From assembly GCA_051745385.1 (NCBI GenBank), contig JBNJDZ010000007.1, positions 3,235 through 67,234 on the forward strand: a stretch of 64,000 bases of DNA, given 5' to 3'. Each line of letters opens with the position of its first letter. Position 1 is the first letter of the stretch. Below are positions 41,101 to 49,753 of this stretch, in pieces. A program made the position numbers and the translations under genes. The notes beneath the pieces are model-generated. The model did no database searches and was not told where the DNA came from. It worked only from the letters and a program-made list of their open reading frames with translations. Source of the DNA: Pseudomonadota bacterium (GTDB taxonomy: Bacteria > Pseudomonadota > Gammaproteobacteria > Enterobacterales > Alteromonadaceae).

Positions 41101-41646
41101 GTTGCTCAACGTATGGGAGAGCAATTAAATTGCGATATTCAGGTTGAGTCAGTTGAAGGTAAGGGTTCATGTTTTTCAGTACGGGTACCTTTAGGCAACG
41201 CCGCTCAAGTGGTCAGCCGACCTAAAAAACAACAGGAAGATGCGCTGTCTGATCGCCTGCAACTTATGGTGGTGGATGATGACAATGAGAACCTGAATGC
41301 TTTAAGTGCTCTGCTGAGTAAATGGGAGTGCGAAGCTCTGACTTTTAACAGTTACAGTAAAGCTCTGGCTTATGCCAAGGCACACTCTCGTGATAAAGCC
41401 CCTCAAGGGCTACTGTTGGACTATCAACTAGGTGATGGCGATGGTTTAACTTTAGCAGAAGAGCTCCGCGATATTTGGCAGCAAAAGATACCGGCGGCGT
41501 TAGTCACTGCAATGCGCGATGACGCCGTGAAACAGGCTGCCAGGAAAAGTGGCCTGCAGTTTTTACCAAAACCGGCTAAACCCGCCGCATTAAAAGCATT
41601 TTTGAAGTACATCAGCACCCGAAAGGCAGGAGGAGCCAGAAGTTGA
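38173..41646 (+). CDS. crbS: Hybrid sensor histidine kinase with N-terminal sodium:solute-symporter-like domain (CrbS/MxtR/CbrA-type)
   Basis: A 1157-aa protein with about 13 TM segments (SLC5/SSS-like), a PAS domain (ISVVDAELRLVAWNKRYLDLFEYPEG), a coiled coil, a HisKA H-box (LALASHDILQPLNA), a HATPase domain (GVGLGLSVAQ) and a C-terminal receiver (LMVVDDD...LLDYQLGDGDG). Confidence 0.8.
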   Translation: MTWLLIFASLAYVIFLFAVATWGDRLGSWANKISHKPFVYSMSLAIYCTSWTYYGAVGNAAVDGWAFFPILLGPILLFLFGIRILEKLVSVSKQQNITSIADFISSRFGKRRRLAVAVTGIAAVAIIPYIALQLKAVGISFAVLTESTGMMAEFSIKELGAAALMAIFAMLFGTRHVEVTEYRSGMILAIAVESMIKLVALLAAGIFAWSLIQGDAQYDLISSFTDISKPQWSFASFGEFEFIVQTFMAAGAILCLPRQFHVAVVDNVDVRHLRTARWGFPLYLALTAAAIVPIAIAGTFYLSASSDGSTYALQLPLLKDQLWLSLVIFIGGISAATAMVIIASVTLSTMITNDVIMPILLQRESRLPLKHRRREYDRALLLIRRVAIAVTMVLSFLCYYFWAARTNLVSIGLLAFSLVLQLLPALLAALYWRKGHARGVYAGLLAGSVGWVIAVLIPLYTNNQLTDVEIITRGTVVSLGLNTFSFIVFSLLAKPRLVDRIQSTAFVKPRAALPDLHLNKNDNATNADMLLLLKTFLGAERAQQLMQYYQRPENAELKLEDVAEKPFISFVERAIAGVLGSATARSLIDAALRDKQLNLEEVVHFFDDTTQALQTQQSILFSSLENLAQGISVVDAELRLVAWNKRYLDLFEYPEGMVKPGQPIATLIRYNAERGECGPGEVDELVDKRLRYMQMGSAHRFIRRRADGRVIEMVGNPLPTGGFVTSFTDITSHVETQQALEDANIDLEQRVDVRTQEIREINQELTAEIDRRRQVEEELKKAKAEAEAANASKTRFLALASHDILQPLNAARLYLSAIQEKELSERNLSLVGKLDTALGSTEHLLSTLLSIAKMDQGALKPQFRHVQLSSVLAPLVEEYAVLAEQRKLDFRAFYKDRPVYTDPTYLRRIVQNFLSNAIKYTQKGSVLLGVRKRGDELQIAVWDTGPGIAAQQQNKVFDAFYRVQNQTVDGVGLGLSVAQRMGEQLNCDIQVESVEGKGSCFSVRVPLGNAAQVVSRPKKQQEDALSDRLQLMVVDDDNENLNALSALLSKWECEALTFNSYSKALAYAKAHSRDKAPQGLLLDYQLGDGDGLTLAEELRDIWQQKIPAALVTAMRDDAVKQAARKSGLQFLPKPAKPAALKAFLKYISTRKAGGARS

Positions 41647-42644
41647 TTGAGCTTGCTGAGCGACATACTTTTAAGTTACCGGCAAAATGCCGGACTTTAA
41701 TTGAACTGAACAGCAGCGACGAGGTTGAGCAGGTAGCTTTTGAAGAGCCCTATTACTTGCTGGGTGAGGGCAGTAATACCTTGTTTCTGGAAGACTTTCA
41801 GGGAACCGTTGTCTGTAATCGTTTGCTTGGTGTGTGCATTGAAGAGCAGGATACAAGTTTTTTAGTGACCGCGGCGGCAGGTGAAAACTGGCATAATTTT
41901 GTGACCGACTTACGTGCCCGAAACATTGATGGTCTAGAAAATTTGGCACTGATACCCGGCTCCGTGGGAGCTGCTCCTGTTCAAAACGTTGGTGCCTATG
42001 GTGTGGAAGTGGCGACATTTATTGAACAGGTAACCGCCTGGGATATTAGCCAAAAATGCTGGGTTAGTATGAGCAGAGAGGACTGCCAGTTTGCTTATCG
42101 GGACAGTTTGTTTAAACAGCACCCAGGGCGCTGGCTGATAACATCCGTAACTTTTCGTCTGCCTAAAGACTGGCGGCCTGTGACCCATTACTCTCCGCTT
42201 AACCAGTTGAGTGATAATGCGAGTGCACAAAGCGTTTTCGACAAGGTTATAGAAGTACGCCAGAAAAAATTACCTGATCCTAAAGTCATTCCAAACGCAG
42301 GAAGTTTTTTTAAGAACCCTGTTATTTCTAATGTACTACTGGAAAGCTTATTGCAGAAATGGCCAAATATGGTCTATTTCCCCGTTGACGAAAGCTGTGC
42401 AAAAGTAGCCGCCGGCTGGCTAATTGAACGCCTGGGTTTGAAGAGCTTAAACGAGGGTGATGCAGCGGTTAATCCGAATCAGGCGCTGGTGTTAATTAAT
42501 CGAGCCAGAGCGACTGGAACAGACGTAACCCGGTTGGCACAGAGAATTATGAAACAAGTAAAAGAAGCCAGCGGAATTGAACTGGAGCCGGAGGTTCGGC
42601 TGGTGGGTCAGCACGGGCTTGTGCAGTTGGCGGCAGAAAAATGA
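41643..42644 (+). CDS. murB: UDP-N-acetylenolpyruvoylglucosamine reductase
   Basis: Carries LLGEGSNTLFLEDF, ENLALIPGSVGAAPVQNVGAYGVE, PDPKVIPNAGSFFKNPV and LEPEVRL. The TTG start is preceded by AGGAGGAG and overlaps the crbS stop by 4 nt. Confidence 0.93.
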   Translation: MIELAERHTFKLPAKCRTLIELNSSDEVEQVAFEEPYYLLGEGSNTLFLEDFQGTVVCNRLLGVCIEEQDTSFLVTAAAGENWHNFVTDLRARNIDGLENLALIPGSVGAAPVQNVGAYGVEVATFIEQVTAWDISQKCWVSMSREDCQFAYRDSLFKQHPGRWLITSVTFRLPKDWRPVTHYSPLNQLSDNASAQSVFDKVIEVRQKKLPDPKVIPNAGSFFKNPVISNVLLESLLQKWPNMVYFPVDESCAKVAAGWLIERLGLKSLNEGDAAVNPNQALVLINRARATGTDVTRLAQRIMKQVKEASGIELEPEVRLVGQHGLVQLAAEK

Positions 42645-43636
42645 AACAATCAGAGCGCCTTGATCAGTTGATTACCTTGTTAGCTAATGGTGAGTTTCAT
42701 TCCGGGCAGGCCATTGGTGAGTCTCTGGGAATATCCCGGGCAGCGGTTAATCAGCATATTCATAAGCTGGAAGAGCTTGGCCTTGAGTTGTTTTCTGTCA
42801 CAGGGCGTGGCTATAAACTGGCAAGGTCTATCGAGTTGCTGCGCTCAGGTGCTATTGAAAGAGAAACGCCGGCGCAATGGAGGAATAAACCAGCGTTTGA
42901 AGTACGTTCAGTGGTTGATTCTAGCAACGACCAGGTAAAAGAGCTTGCTAAGTCAGGGACTTTGGACGCAGGCTTTTCCTTATTTGCAGAAGCTCAGACG
43001 GCCGGTAGGGGGCGACGTGGCAAGCAGTGGTATTCGCCTTTTGGCAGTAACCTCTATCTGAGTATCTACTGGCCTCTGGATGACGGCATTCATGGTGCTA
43101 TGGGGTTAAGTTTAGCCGTTGGTGTTGCTTTGGCAGAATGCTTTACCAATTTGGGTATTGCTGAGGTCAGTGTAAAGTGGCCTAACGATGTTTATATTGC
43201 GGGTAAAAAAGTGACCGGAATTCTGGTCGATCTGGAAACCTCTCCAGAAGGTGCTGCGCACAGTATTATTGGCATTGGTATTAACTTAAGAATGCCGGAT
43301 CATGTCGGAGAAAACATTGATCAGGCATGGACGGATCTAAACTCTGAGTTACCACAGCCTGTTTCACGTAATAAGGTTGCGGCCGTGGTGCGCGCATCGG
43401 TTTTGTCCGCTTTGCAGCAATACGGACAGAGCGGGCTTTCCGCGTTCCAGCGACGCTGGCAGCAGTACGACCGATTTATAGATAAACCGGTAAAGCTGAT
43501 TATGGGACAAAGGGTTTGTTTGGGAACCTGTCGTGGGATTGATGAGAACGGTGCTTTACTCGTAGAAGATGAGCAGGGCGTACGTCGCTATTTTGGTGGT
43601 GAAGTTTCATTGAGGGCGCAAGATGCTATTAATTGA
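42641..43636 (+). CDS. birA: Bifunctional biotin-[acetyl-CoA-carboxylase] ligase / bio operon repressor
   Basis: Has an N-terminal wHTH (GQAIGESLGISRAAVNQHIHKLEELG) and the ligase motif GRGRRGKQW. It overlaps murB by 4 nt. Confidence 0.92.
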   Translation: MKQSERLDQLITLLANGEFHSGQAIGESLGISRAAVNQHIHKLEELGLELFSVTGRGYKLARSIELLRSGAIERETPAQWRNKPAFEVRSVVDSSNDQVKELAKSGTLDAGFSLFAEAQTAGRGRRGKQWYSPFGSNLYLSIYWPLDDGIHGAMGLSLAVGVALAECFTNLGIAEVSVKWPNDVYIAGKKVTGILVDLETSPEGAAHSIIGIGINLRMPDHVGENIDQAWTDLNSELPQPVSRNKVAAVVRASVLSALQQYGQSGLSAFQRRWQQYDRFIDKPVKLIMGQRVCLGTCRGIDENGALLVEDEQGVRRYFGGEVSLRAQDAIN

Positions 43637-44411
43637 TGCCGGTAATACCCGCAGTAAATTTGCTTGGTGGGATACTGACACCGACGAGATTGAAATACTG
43701 GGGGCGATACCTCACCAACGTTGGCTTAATGACTTGAGTCATTCGCTAAAAGAGCTATTGCTGGAAGTGATCAGCAGCCAACAAATTCGACACGAGAAAA
43801 AAGCCATAGGTTGCAGCGTTGCGGCGGTTCAGGTGATGGATACCCTGAATAGCTCACTGGCGGAGCTTGGCATAAGTGTTGTCTGGCAAAAAACGAAAGC
43901 TGAGCAGGCGGGGGTAATTAACGGCTATGGCGAACAGGCTGAACGCTTGGGCTCTGATCGCTGGATGGCATTACTTGGCTGTCACGAGCAAATTAAAAAG
44001 AATGCGTTGATAGTGGATGCCGGTACTGCGTTAACCATTGACTGGCTGAGAGCTGACGGCCGACATATGGGAGGATGGATAGTCCCCGGGCGGCAGCTCA
44101 TGTTAAATGCCCTTGGCCAGGGAACAGCAAATTTAAAAGGTATTACGGTATACGACATTGAGCGTGACGGGCTTGCGGCCGGACAAAATACCTTTGACGG
44201 TATTGCTCAGGGAACGGAAGCTGCGTTGATTGGCGCTATTGCGCAGGCCATTCATTTGTCTGAGAGTTATTTCTCACAAGAATCTTTTGAGGTGGTTGTT
44301 ACCGGAGGTGACAGCGAACATTTGATGCGAACGTTGTCTGGTAAATTTCGTCGTTATGACGATTTGTTGTTTAAGGGTTTGCGACTCTGTGCCGATAACC
44401 TAAATAGTTAA
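43623..44411 (+). CDS. coaX: Type III pantothenate kinase
   Basis: MLLIDAGNTRSKFAWW (ASKHA phosphate-1) and VVDAGTALTIDW are present. The length is 262 aa. The birA-coaX adjacency is common. Confidence 0.9.
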   Translation: MLLIDAGNTRSKFAWWDTDTDEIEILGAIPHQRWLNDLSHSLKELLLEVISSQQIRHEKKAIGCSVAAVQVMDTLNSSLAELGISVVWQKTKAEQAGVINGYGEQAERLGSDRWMALLGCHEQIKKNALIVDAGTALTIDWLRADGRHMGGWIVPGRQLMLNALGQGTANLKGITVYDIERDGLAAGQNTFDGIAQGTEAALIGAIAQAIHLSESYFSQESFEVVVTGGDSEHLMRTLSGKFRRYDDLLFKGLRLCADNLNS

Positions 44412-44448
44412 ACCTTTAGGCACATTCAGAGAGAGCACAGGCAACTTT

Positions 44449-45075
44449 ATGAAAATAGTCATTCCAATGCTGATTGCTGTAGCCGGACTGACCGCAGTGC
44501 ACAAAGCGCAGGCGCAGGATGTTGAAGCGGTGCAACTGTACTCAGACGCCGAGCTTGTTGAGATGTTTGCAACCAACGCACACCTTAAACAAGTACGCGA
44601 TACTGATCGCTGCCAGCTAGCGCAGGATATAGAGGCTCAGGCAGAACTTGAGCGTCGTCCAACGTATCAGTTTTTATATGGCGACATGATGGCCTGGGGC
44701 GTCTGTTATGACCGTGACCCTGAACTCGGCCTGCTTTATATGGAAAAAGCGGCTCAGCATGGCTTACTGGAAGCTCTGGAGCAGTTGGGACGCTATTATC
44801 ATGAAGGTGTTTTGGTTCAAAAGGATATTGACCGCGCCATTTTGTATCTTCGTGAAGCTGCCTCGTTGGGACATTTGCCGGCGCAAAGACGCTTTGCCGA
44901 GATTTTGTTAGCGGATAAAGGCAGCCCGTATGATTACGAAAAGGCCTACCATTGGTTACATAATGCGGTAACAGCTAACCAGGGCACCTATCAGGATATT
45001 GAACAAAAACTCGCAAAGCTGGCTGAGAGAATGCCACCTTCGGTAGTTGAAAAAGCAAAAAGGCCACTGGATTAG
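44449..45075 (+). CDS. Secreted Sel1-like repeat (SLR/TPR-like) protein
   Basis: Has a signal peptide (MKIVIPMLIAVAGLTAVHKAQA) and repeated SLR motifs (A.HGLLEAL..LG.YY..G, AASLGHLPAQ..). Confidence 0.7.
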   Translation: MKIVIPMLIAVAGLTAVHKAQAQDVEAVQLYSDAELVEMFATNAHLKQVRDTDRCQLAQDIEAQAELERRPTYQFLYGDMMAWGVCYDRDPELGLLYMEKAAQHGLLEALEQLGRYYHEGVLVQKDIDRAILYLREAASLGHLPAQRRFAEILLADKGSPYDYEKAYHWLHNAVTANQGTYQDIEQKLAKLAERMPPSVVEKAKRPLD

Positions 45076-45090
45076 TGGCCCTTGTTTGAG
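45050..45090. terminator. Bidirectional terminator overlapping the last codons of the Sel1-repeat gene
   Basis: Stem GGCCACT-ggatt-AGTGGCC (45062-45080). On the minus strand it is followed by TTTTTGCTTTTT, a strong terminator for the decarboxylase gene. On the plus strand it is followed by CTTGTTTG, which is weaker. Confidence 0.65.
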
Positions 45091-45110
45091 TTGCGCACGT
45101 TTATCTGGGC

Positions 45111-46244
45111 TTAAGACAAGCGGTTGCGGAAGTCTTCGTAGCTAAATTGGCGTACACAGTCAAACTGACCGTTTTCCCGTAAAATACCAATAGCCGGATG
45201 CTGAACGCCGTTAAAGAATGATGTTTTCACCATGGTGTAGTGCATCATGTCTTCAAAAACTAAGCGGTCACCAACAGCTAGCGGCTGATCAAAACTGTAC
45301 TCACCAATAACATCCCCGGCTAAGCAACTGTTGCCACCTAAGCGGTAACTGAAGGCTTTTTCGGCTGGTAAGCCTGCTCCGGTAATGACCGGGCGATAAG
45401 GCATTTCCAGCACGTCCGGCATATGCGCGGTCGCTGAAATATCCAGTAAAGCAATTTGCCCCTGGTTCTCAACAATATCCACCACTTCACATATCAGCGG
45501 ACCCGTTTGCCAGGCAACGGCCGAACCGGGTTCCAGTATCACTTGCAGGTCGTAGGTTTCACGCAAACGCTTCAACTGCTTTATCAGATGGTCGACATCG
45601 TAGCCCTGACGGGTCATGAGATGCCCGCCACCCAGATTCAGCCATTTCATTTGTTTTAGCTGTTCGCCAAAACGGTTTTCAACGGCTTCCAGGGTACGCT
45701 CAAGGGCAAAAGAGTCGCACTCGCACAGGTTATGAACGTGCAAGCCTTCAACGCCGGTTAAGTCCTGTTGCTTAAGCTCGCTGGCGCGAATACCCAGACG
45801 AGAACCGGGAGCACTGGGATCATAAAGCTCGGTTTCGGCTTCCTGATGTTCCGGGTTAATACGCAGACCAATGGAAACGCCGGCAGCTGCCGTCTGTTCA
45901 CGGTATTTATGCCACTGAGAAACACTGTTGAATGACAAGTGATTCACCAGCGGCAGCAGCTCGTCGATGTCTTCTTGTTTATAAGCCGGAGCGTAAGCAT
46001 GAACTTCGCGCGAAAATTCCTCCGCTGCCAGCTTTGCCTCCCAGACAGAGCTGGCGGTACAGCCTTTAAGATACTGACGAATAAGTGGAAAGGCCGACCA
46101 CATGGCATAGCCTTTCAGTGCCAGAATAATGTCTGCACCACTTTGCTCTTGCACCTTTTGCATCAATTCGAGGTTCTTGCGCAGCAGTTTTTCATTCAGC
46201 ACATAGCAGGGAGACGGAATCTCCGGCGATGTATATTGGCTCAT
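45111..46244 (-). CDS. nspC: Carboxynorspermidine/carboxyspermidine decarboxylase
   Basis: A PLP-dependent group IV decarboxylase-like sequence of 377 aa (ILALKGYAMW, NLGGGH). It lies immediately downstream of a carboxynorspermidine dehydrogenase-type gene. Confidence 0.85.
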   Translation of the reverse strand: MSQYTSPEIPSPCYVLNEKLLRKNLELMQKVQEQSGADIILALKGYAMWSAFPLIRQYLKGCTASSVWEAKLAAEEFSREVHAYAPAYKQEDIDELLPLVNHLSFNSVSQWHKYREQTAAAGVSIGLRINPEHQEAETELYDPSAPGSRLGIRASELKQQDLTGVEGLHVHNLCECDSFALERTLEAVENRFGEQLKQMKWLNLGGGHLMTRQGYDVDHLIKQLKRLRETYDLQVILEPGSAVAWQTGPLICEVVDIVENQGQIALLDISATAHMPDVLEMPYRPVITGAGLPAEKAFSYRLGGNSCLAGDVIGEYSFDQPLAVGDRLVFEDMMHYTMVKTSFFNGVQHPAIGILRENGQFDCVRQFSYEDFRNRLS

Positions 46245-46259
46245 GCGTTATCTTCTCTG

Positions 46260-47459
46260 TTACTTCTCGAATGGCTTATCGCATTCCTGAACCTGCCATG
46301 GCAGGCCATATTTATTAAGGCGCTCCATGAATTCATCCGGGTCAAACTGCTCCATATTCCAGACACCGGGTTTCATCCACTTACCCTGCAGCATGAGAGA
46401 AGCGCCAATCATTGCCGGTACGCCAGTAGTGTAGGATACCGCCTGAGCACCAACTTCTTTGTTGGTTTCAGCGTGGTCACAGTTGTTGTAGATGAAAATG
46501 GTTTTCTCCTGACCGTCTTTCATTCCGGTCACATAAGTACCAATACAGGTTTTGCCGGTGTAACCTTCTGCCAGAGAGCCCGGGTTAGGTAGCACGGCTT
46601 TCAAGAATTCCAGAGGTACAATCTTTTTACCGTCGAACTCAACTGGCTGAATAGAGGTCATGCCGACGTTTTCAAGTACACGTAAGTGAGTCAGGTACTC
46701 ATCGCCGAAAGTCATCCAGAAACGCGCACGTTTAATGGTTGGGAAGTGCTTAACTAGCGACTCCAGCTCTTCGTGGAATAGCAGGTAAGAAGGGCGCACG
46801 CCAACATTGGGGTAGTCCAGATCTTTACGCACGCTGATAGGATCCGTTTCGTGCCACTCGCCGTTTTCCCAGTACTTACCTTTTTGGGTAATTTCGCGAA
46901 TATTAATTTCCGGGTTGAAGTTAGTCGCAAATGCCTGACCGTGGTCACCACCGTTACAGTCAACAATGTCCAGGTAATGCACTTCGTCAAAGTAATGTTT
47001 AGCGGCATAAGCGGTAAAGACGTTGGTTACGCCCGGATCGAAACCGGCACCCAGTAATGCCATTAAGCCTTTTTCTTTAAAGCGTTCCTGATAAGCCCAC
47101 TGCCAGGAGTATTCGAATTTTGCTTCGTCTTTTGGCTCGTAGTTTGCTGTATCAAGGTAGTGCACGCCGGTTTCCAGGCAAGCATCCATGATAGGTAAGT
47201 CTTGGTACGGAAGTGCGACGTTAATAACCAGCGATGGGTTAATACCACGGATGAGCTCAGCCACTTCTGCTGAATCATCGGCATCGACCTGATACACGCC
47301 GACAACGCGGTCTTTGCCCGCTTTTTCCTGCAACGCCTGACATTTTGACAGGGTACGACTGGCCAGGTGAATTTCAGAGAATACTTCCGGCAGGCCCGCA
47401 CATTTTTGTACGACTACGCCAGCAACACCGCCGGCACCAATAATTAGAACTTTAGACAT
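46260..47459 (-). CDS. Carboxynorspermidine/carboxyspermidine dehydrogenase (saccharopine dehydrogenase family)
   Basis: Has the N-terminal Rossmann motif VLIIGAGGVAGVV. The length is 399 aa. It is paired with nspC as in the alternative polyamine pathway. Confidence 0.85.
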   Translation of the reverse strand: MSKVLIIGAGGVAGVVVQKCAGLPEVFSEIHLASRTLSKCQALQEKAGKDRVVGVYQVDADDSAEVAELIRGINPSLVINVALPYQDLPIMDACLETGVHYLDTANYEPKDEAKFEYSWQWAYQERFKEKGLMALLGAGFDPGVTNVFTAYAAKHYFDEVHYLDIVDCNGGDHGQAFATNFNPEINIREITQKGKYWENGEWHETDPISVRKDLDYPNVGVRPSYLLFHEELESLVKHFPTIKRARFWMTFGDEYLTHLRVLENVGMTSIQPVEFDGKKIVPLEFLKAVLPNPGSLAEGYTGKTCIGTYVTGMKDGQEKTIFIYNNCDHAETNKEVGAQAVSYTTGVPAMIGASLMLQGKWMKPGVWNMEQFDPDEFMERLNKYGLPWQVQECDKPFEK

Positions 47460-47531
47460 GAATGCTATCCTTCACAGAAATCTTTTAACTAATAAAGTTG
47501 CTGCGAAAGATAGCATATTTTTACAAAATCA

Positions 47532-49688
47532 TCATTCAGAAGCGTTGCTTTGTGCTGCCTCTGAATCTATACCTAAATGCTTATGTAAAAAGGCCCAGTT
47601 TTCGGCATGTTCTTCAATACGCATCCAGGTTGGTGTGCCGGCACCGTGTCCGGCACGGGTCTCTACGTTTAATAGTATGGGGTTGTCGCAACTTTGGTCT
47701 CGTTGCAGTGCCGCTGCAAATTTATAACTGTGCCACGGGACAACTCGATTGTCGTGATCACCCGTGGTAATAAGGGTTGGCGGATAACAGGTGCCACTTT
47801 CTGTATTGTGAACAGGGGAGTACTCGTACAATGCTTTGAAGTCTTCTTCATTTTCACTTAGACCAAATTCACTACTCCAGCCTCTGGCATTCGCATTGGG
47901 AATCTGATATCTCAGCATATCCAGCACGCCGACAGCAGGAAGAGCTGCAGCGAAGAGTTCAGGTCGCTGAGTTATTGTTGCTCCTACCAGTAAGCCGCCG
48001 TTACTGCGCCCCTGAATAGCCAGTTTGTCTTTATTGGTGTAGCTGTTGTTTATTAACCATTCGGCCGCGGCAATAAAGTCATCAAATACATTTTGCTTGT
48101 TTTCTTTAGTGCCTTGCTGGTGCCACTTTTCGCCGAACTCACCACCACCCCGTAGGTTGGGAATGGCCAGTACGCCACCCATTTCCAGCCAGACAGCTCG
48201 AGTTGTATCGTAGTCGGGGGTGATAGAAATATTGAAACCGCCGTAGCCATATAAAAGCGTCGGATTGTTACCATTCAGTTCAAGGTCTTTATGATGAACG
48301 AGGAACATAGGAACTTCGGTGCCATCAGTGCTGTTATACACCACTTGTTCAGTTGTATATTGGTCTAAATCTGCTGGCACTTCGGTTTCATACCAAAGAG
48401 CTGTGCGCTGTTGTTCTGGTTGGTAGCGATAAACTTTTCCCGGCTCGGTAAAGCCTTTAAAAGTAAAGAATGTATCCGGCGCTTTGTGACTGCCTTTAAA
48501 ACCGTCAATTGAGCCAATACCCGGCAGAGCCAGTTCCTGCAGCATAGTCCCTTCAATATCAAAGATAGCCACCCGCGAGCGGGCCGACTGCAAGTAGTGG
48601 GCAAAGAGCTGCCCATCTATAGCGCTAACTTCTTTTAAAGTATGAGTTTTAGGCGCGATAACTTCCGTCCAGTTTTCGGGGGCTGGCTGTTCAGGGTCAA
48701 CGGCAATAACCTGGCCGGTTGGTGCGCCATTAGTGGTTTTAAAGTACAGCTTCCCGTTGTGACTGGTAACATATTGGTATTGACCGTCCCACGCTGTGAA
48801 CAGGCCCTTAAATGGCGCATCTTCCTGCGCTAAAGGTCGTATGTATACCGAGTTGGCATTATAGCCTTTGAATACATCAACGAGTAAGTACTGGCCGTCA
48901 TCCGAAATTCTGGGGTAAGGGTTCCAGTTTGGTTTTTTGTCAAAAGCAAAAATGAGCTCATCTTCACTTTGTTTGGTTCCCAGTTCGTGGAAATAGACAC
49001 TGACCGGCTTTGAGTCATCAAAGCTGCCGTTCTTTTTTTGCGGATAACGGCTGTAATAAAAACCACGTTCGTTAGGGAGCCATGCCACCTCACTAAATTT
49101 CACACCTTTAATCAGGTCGCTCGTGTCTTTTCCTGACTGGATATTGCGGACTTTTATCTGAGTCCAGTCACTTCCCCCGTCAGATAGGGCGTATGCAACG
49201 TATTTTGCTTGAGGTGAAACATTAATGCGGGTCAGTGAAACGGTACCATCATCGCTAAAAGTATTAGGGTCAATCAGCACATCAGGCGCACTGCTTAGGT
49301 CTGTCATGGTGTAGAGAATGTCTTGATTCTGCAGTCCGTCGTTAGAGAAATAAAAGTACCGATCAGCATAGCGAAAGGGCGTACTGACTTTTTCGTAGTT
49401 CCAAAGCTCCGTCATTCTGTCTTTAATGTTCTGGAATTGAGAGTACTTCTGGAGCGCAGGAGTTGAGAGCTGGTTTTGTGCGTTAACCCAGCTCTCAACC
49501 TCTTCGTTGTTTTGTTCTAACCAACGATAAGGGTCTTCGACCAGAGTTCCGTGATAGTTATCTTGTTGATCGACGGTTTTTGTTTCCGGGTAAGGGCCTT
49601 CAGGTTGTTCTTTCTCCTGCTCAAAAGAACTACAGGCACTCAATATCAGCGCAGTAGAACAAGCAATAAAAACCGAATAACGAGTCAT
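47532..49688 (-). CDS. Prolyl oligopeptidase (S9A family) with lipoprotein-type signal
   Basis: Has a beta-propeller plus an alpha/beta-hydrolase domain, with nucleophile motif GRSNGG and distal D and H (TGDHDNRV, AGHGAG). The N-terminal lipobox is LILSAC. Confidence 0.9.
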   Translation of the reverse strand: MTRYSVFIACSTALILSACSSFEQEKEQPEGPYPETKTVDQQDNYHGTLVEDPYRWLEQNNEEVESWVNAQNQLSTPALQKYSQFQNIKDRMTELWNYEKVSTPFRYADRYFYFSNDGLQNQDILYTMTDLSSAPDVLIDPNTFSDDGTVSLTRINVSPQAKYVAYALSDGGSDWTQIKVRNIQSGKDTSDLIKGVKFSEVAWLPNERGFYYSRYPQKKNGSFDDSKPVSVYFHELGTKQSEDELIFAFDKKPNWNPYPRISDDGQYLLVDVFKGYNANSVYIRPLAQEDAPFKGLFTAWDGQYQYVTSHNGKLYFKTTNGAPTGQVIAVDPEQPAPENWTEVIAPKTHTLKEVSAIDGQLFAHYLQSARSRVAIFDIEGTMLQELALPGIGSIDGFKGSHKAPDTFFTFKGFTEPGKVYRYQPEQQRTALWYETEVPADLDQYTTEQVVYNSTDGTEVPMFLVHHKDLELNGNNPTLLYGYGGFNISITPDYDTTRAVWLEMGGVLAIPNLRGGGEFGEKWHQQGTKENKQNVFDDFIAAAEWLINNSYTNKDKLAIQGRSNGGLLVGATITQRPELFAAALPAVGVLDMLRYQIPNANARGWSSEFGLSENEEDFKALYEYSPVHNTESGTCYPPTLITTGDHDNRVVPWHSYKFAAALQRDQSCDNPILLNVETRAGHGAGTPTWMRIEEHAENWAFLHKHLGIDSEAAQSNASE

Positions 49689-49753
49689 GGTAGAGATTCC
49701 TGGTGAAGTTCTGTGTTGATGATAGAAAGTTGTAACGAAAACAACAAGTCACA

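Noticed and set aside
45939-46592. A 217-aa plus-strand ORF spanning the junction of the two polyamine genes.
   Set aside because: It is antisense to two well-supported genes and crosses their 15-bp spacer. It has no Shine-Dalgarno sequence and a low-complexity L/R/F/H/Q-rich translation with no recognisable domain. This is typical of a shadow ORF produced by the codon bias of the opposite strand.
47462-47516. An 8-bp inverted repeat, ATGCTATC...GATAGCAT, between the prolyl oligopeptidase stop and the carboxynorspermidine dehydrogenase start. Its 3' arm lies next to the Shine-Dalgarno sequence.
   Set aside because: The stem is only 8 bp with a 39-nt loop, so it is thermodynamically weak and of a size expected by chance. 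That is not enough to propose a polyamine-responsive element.
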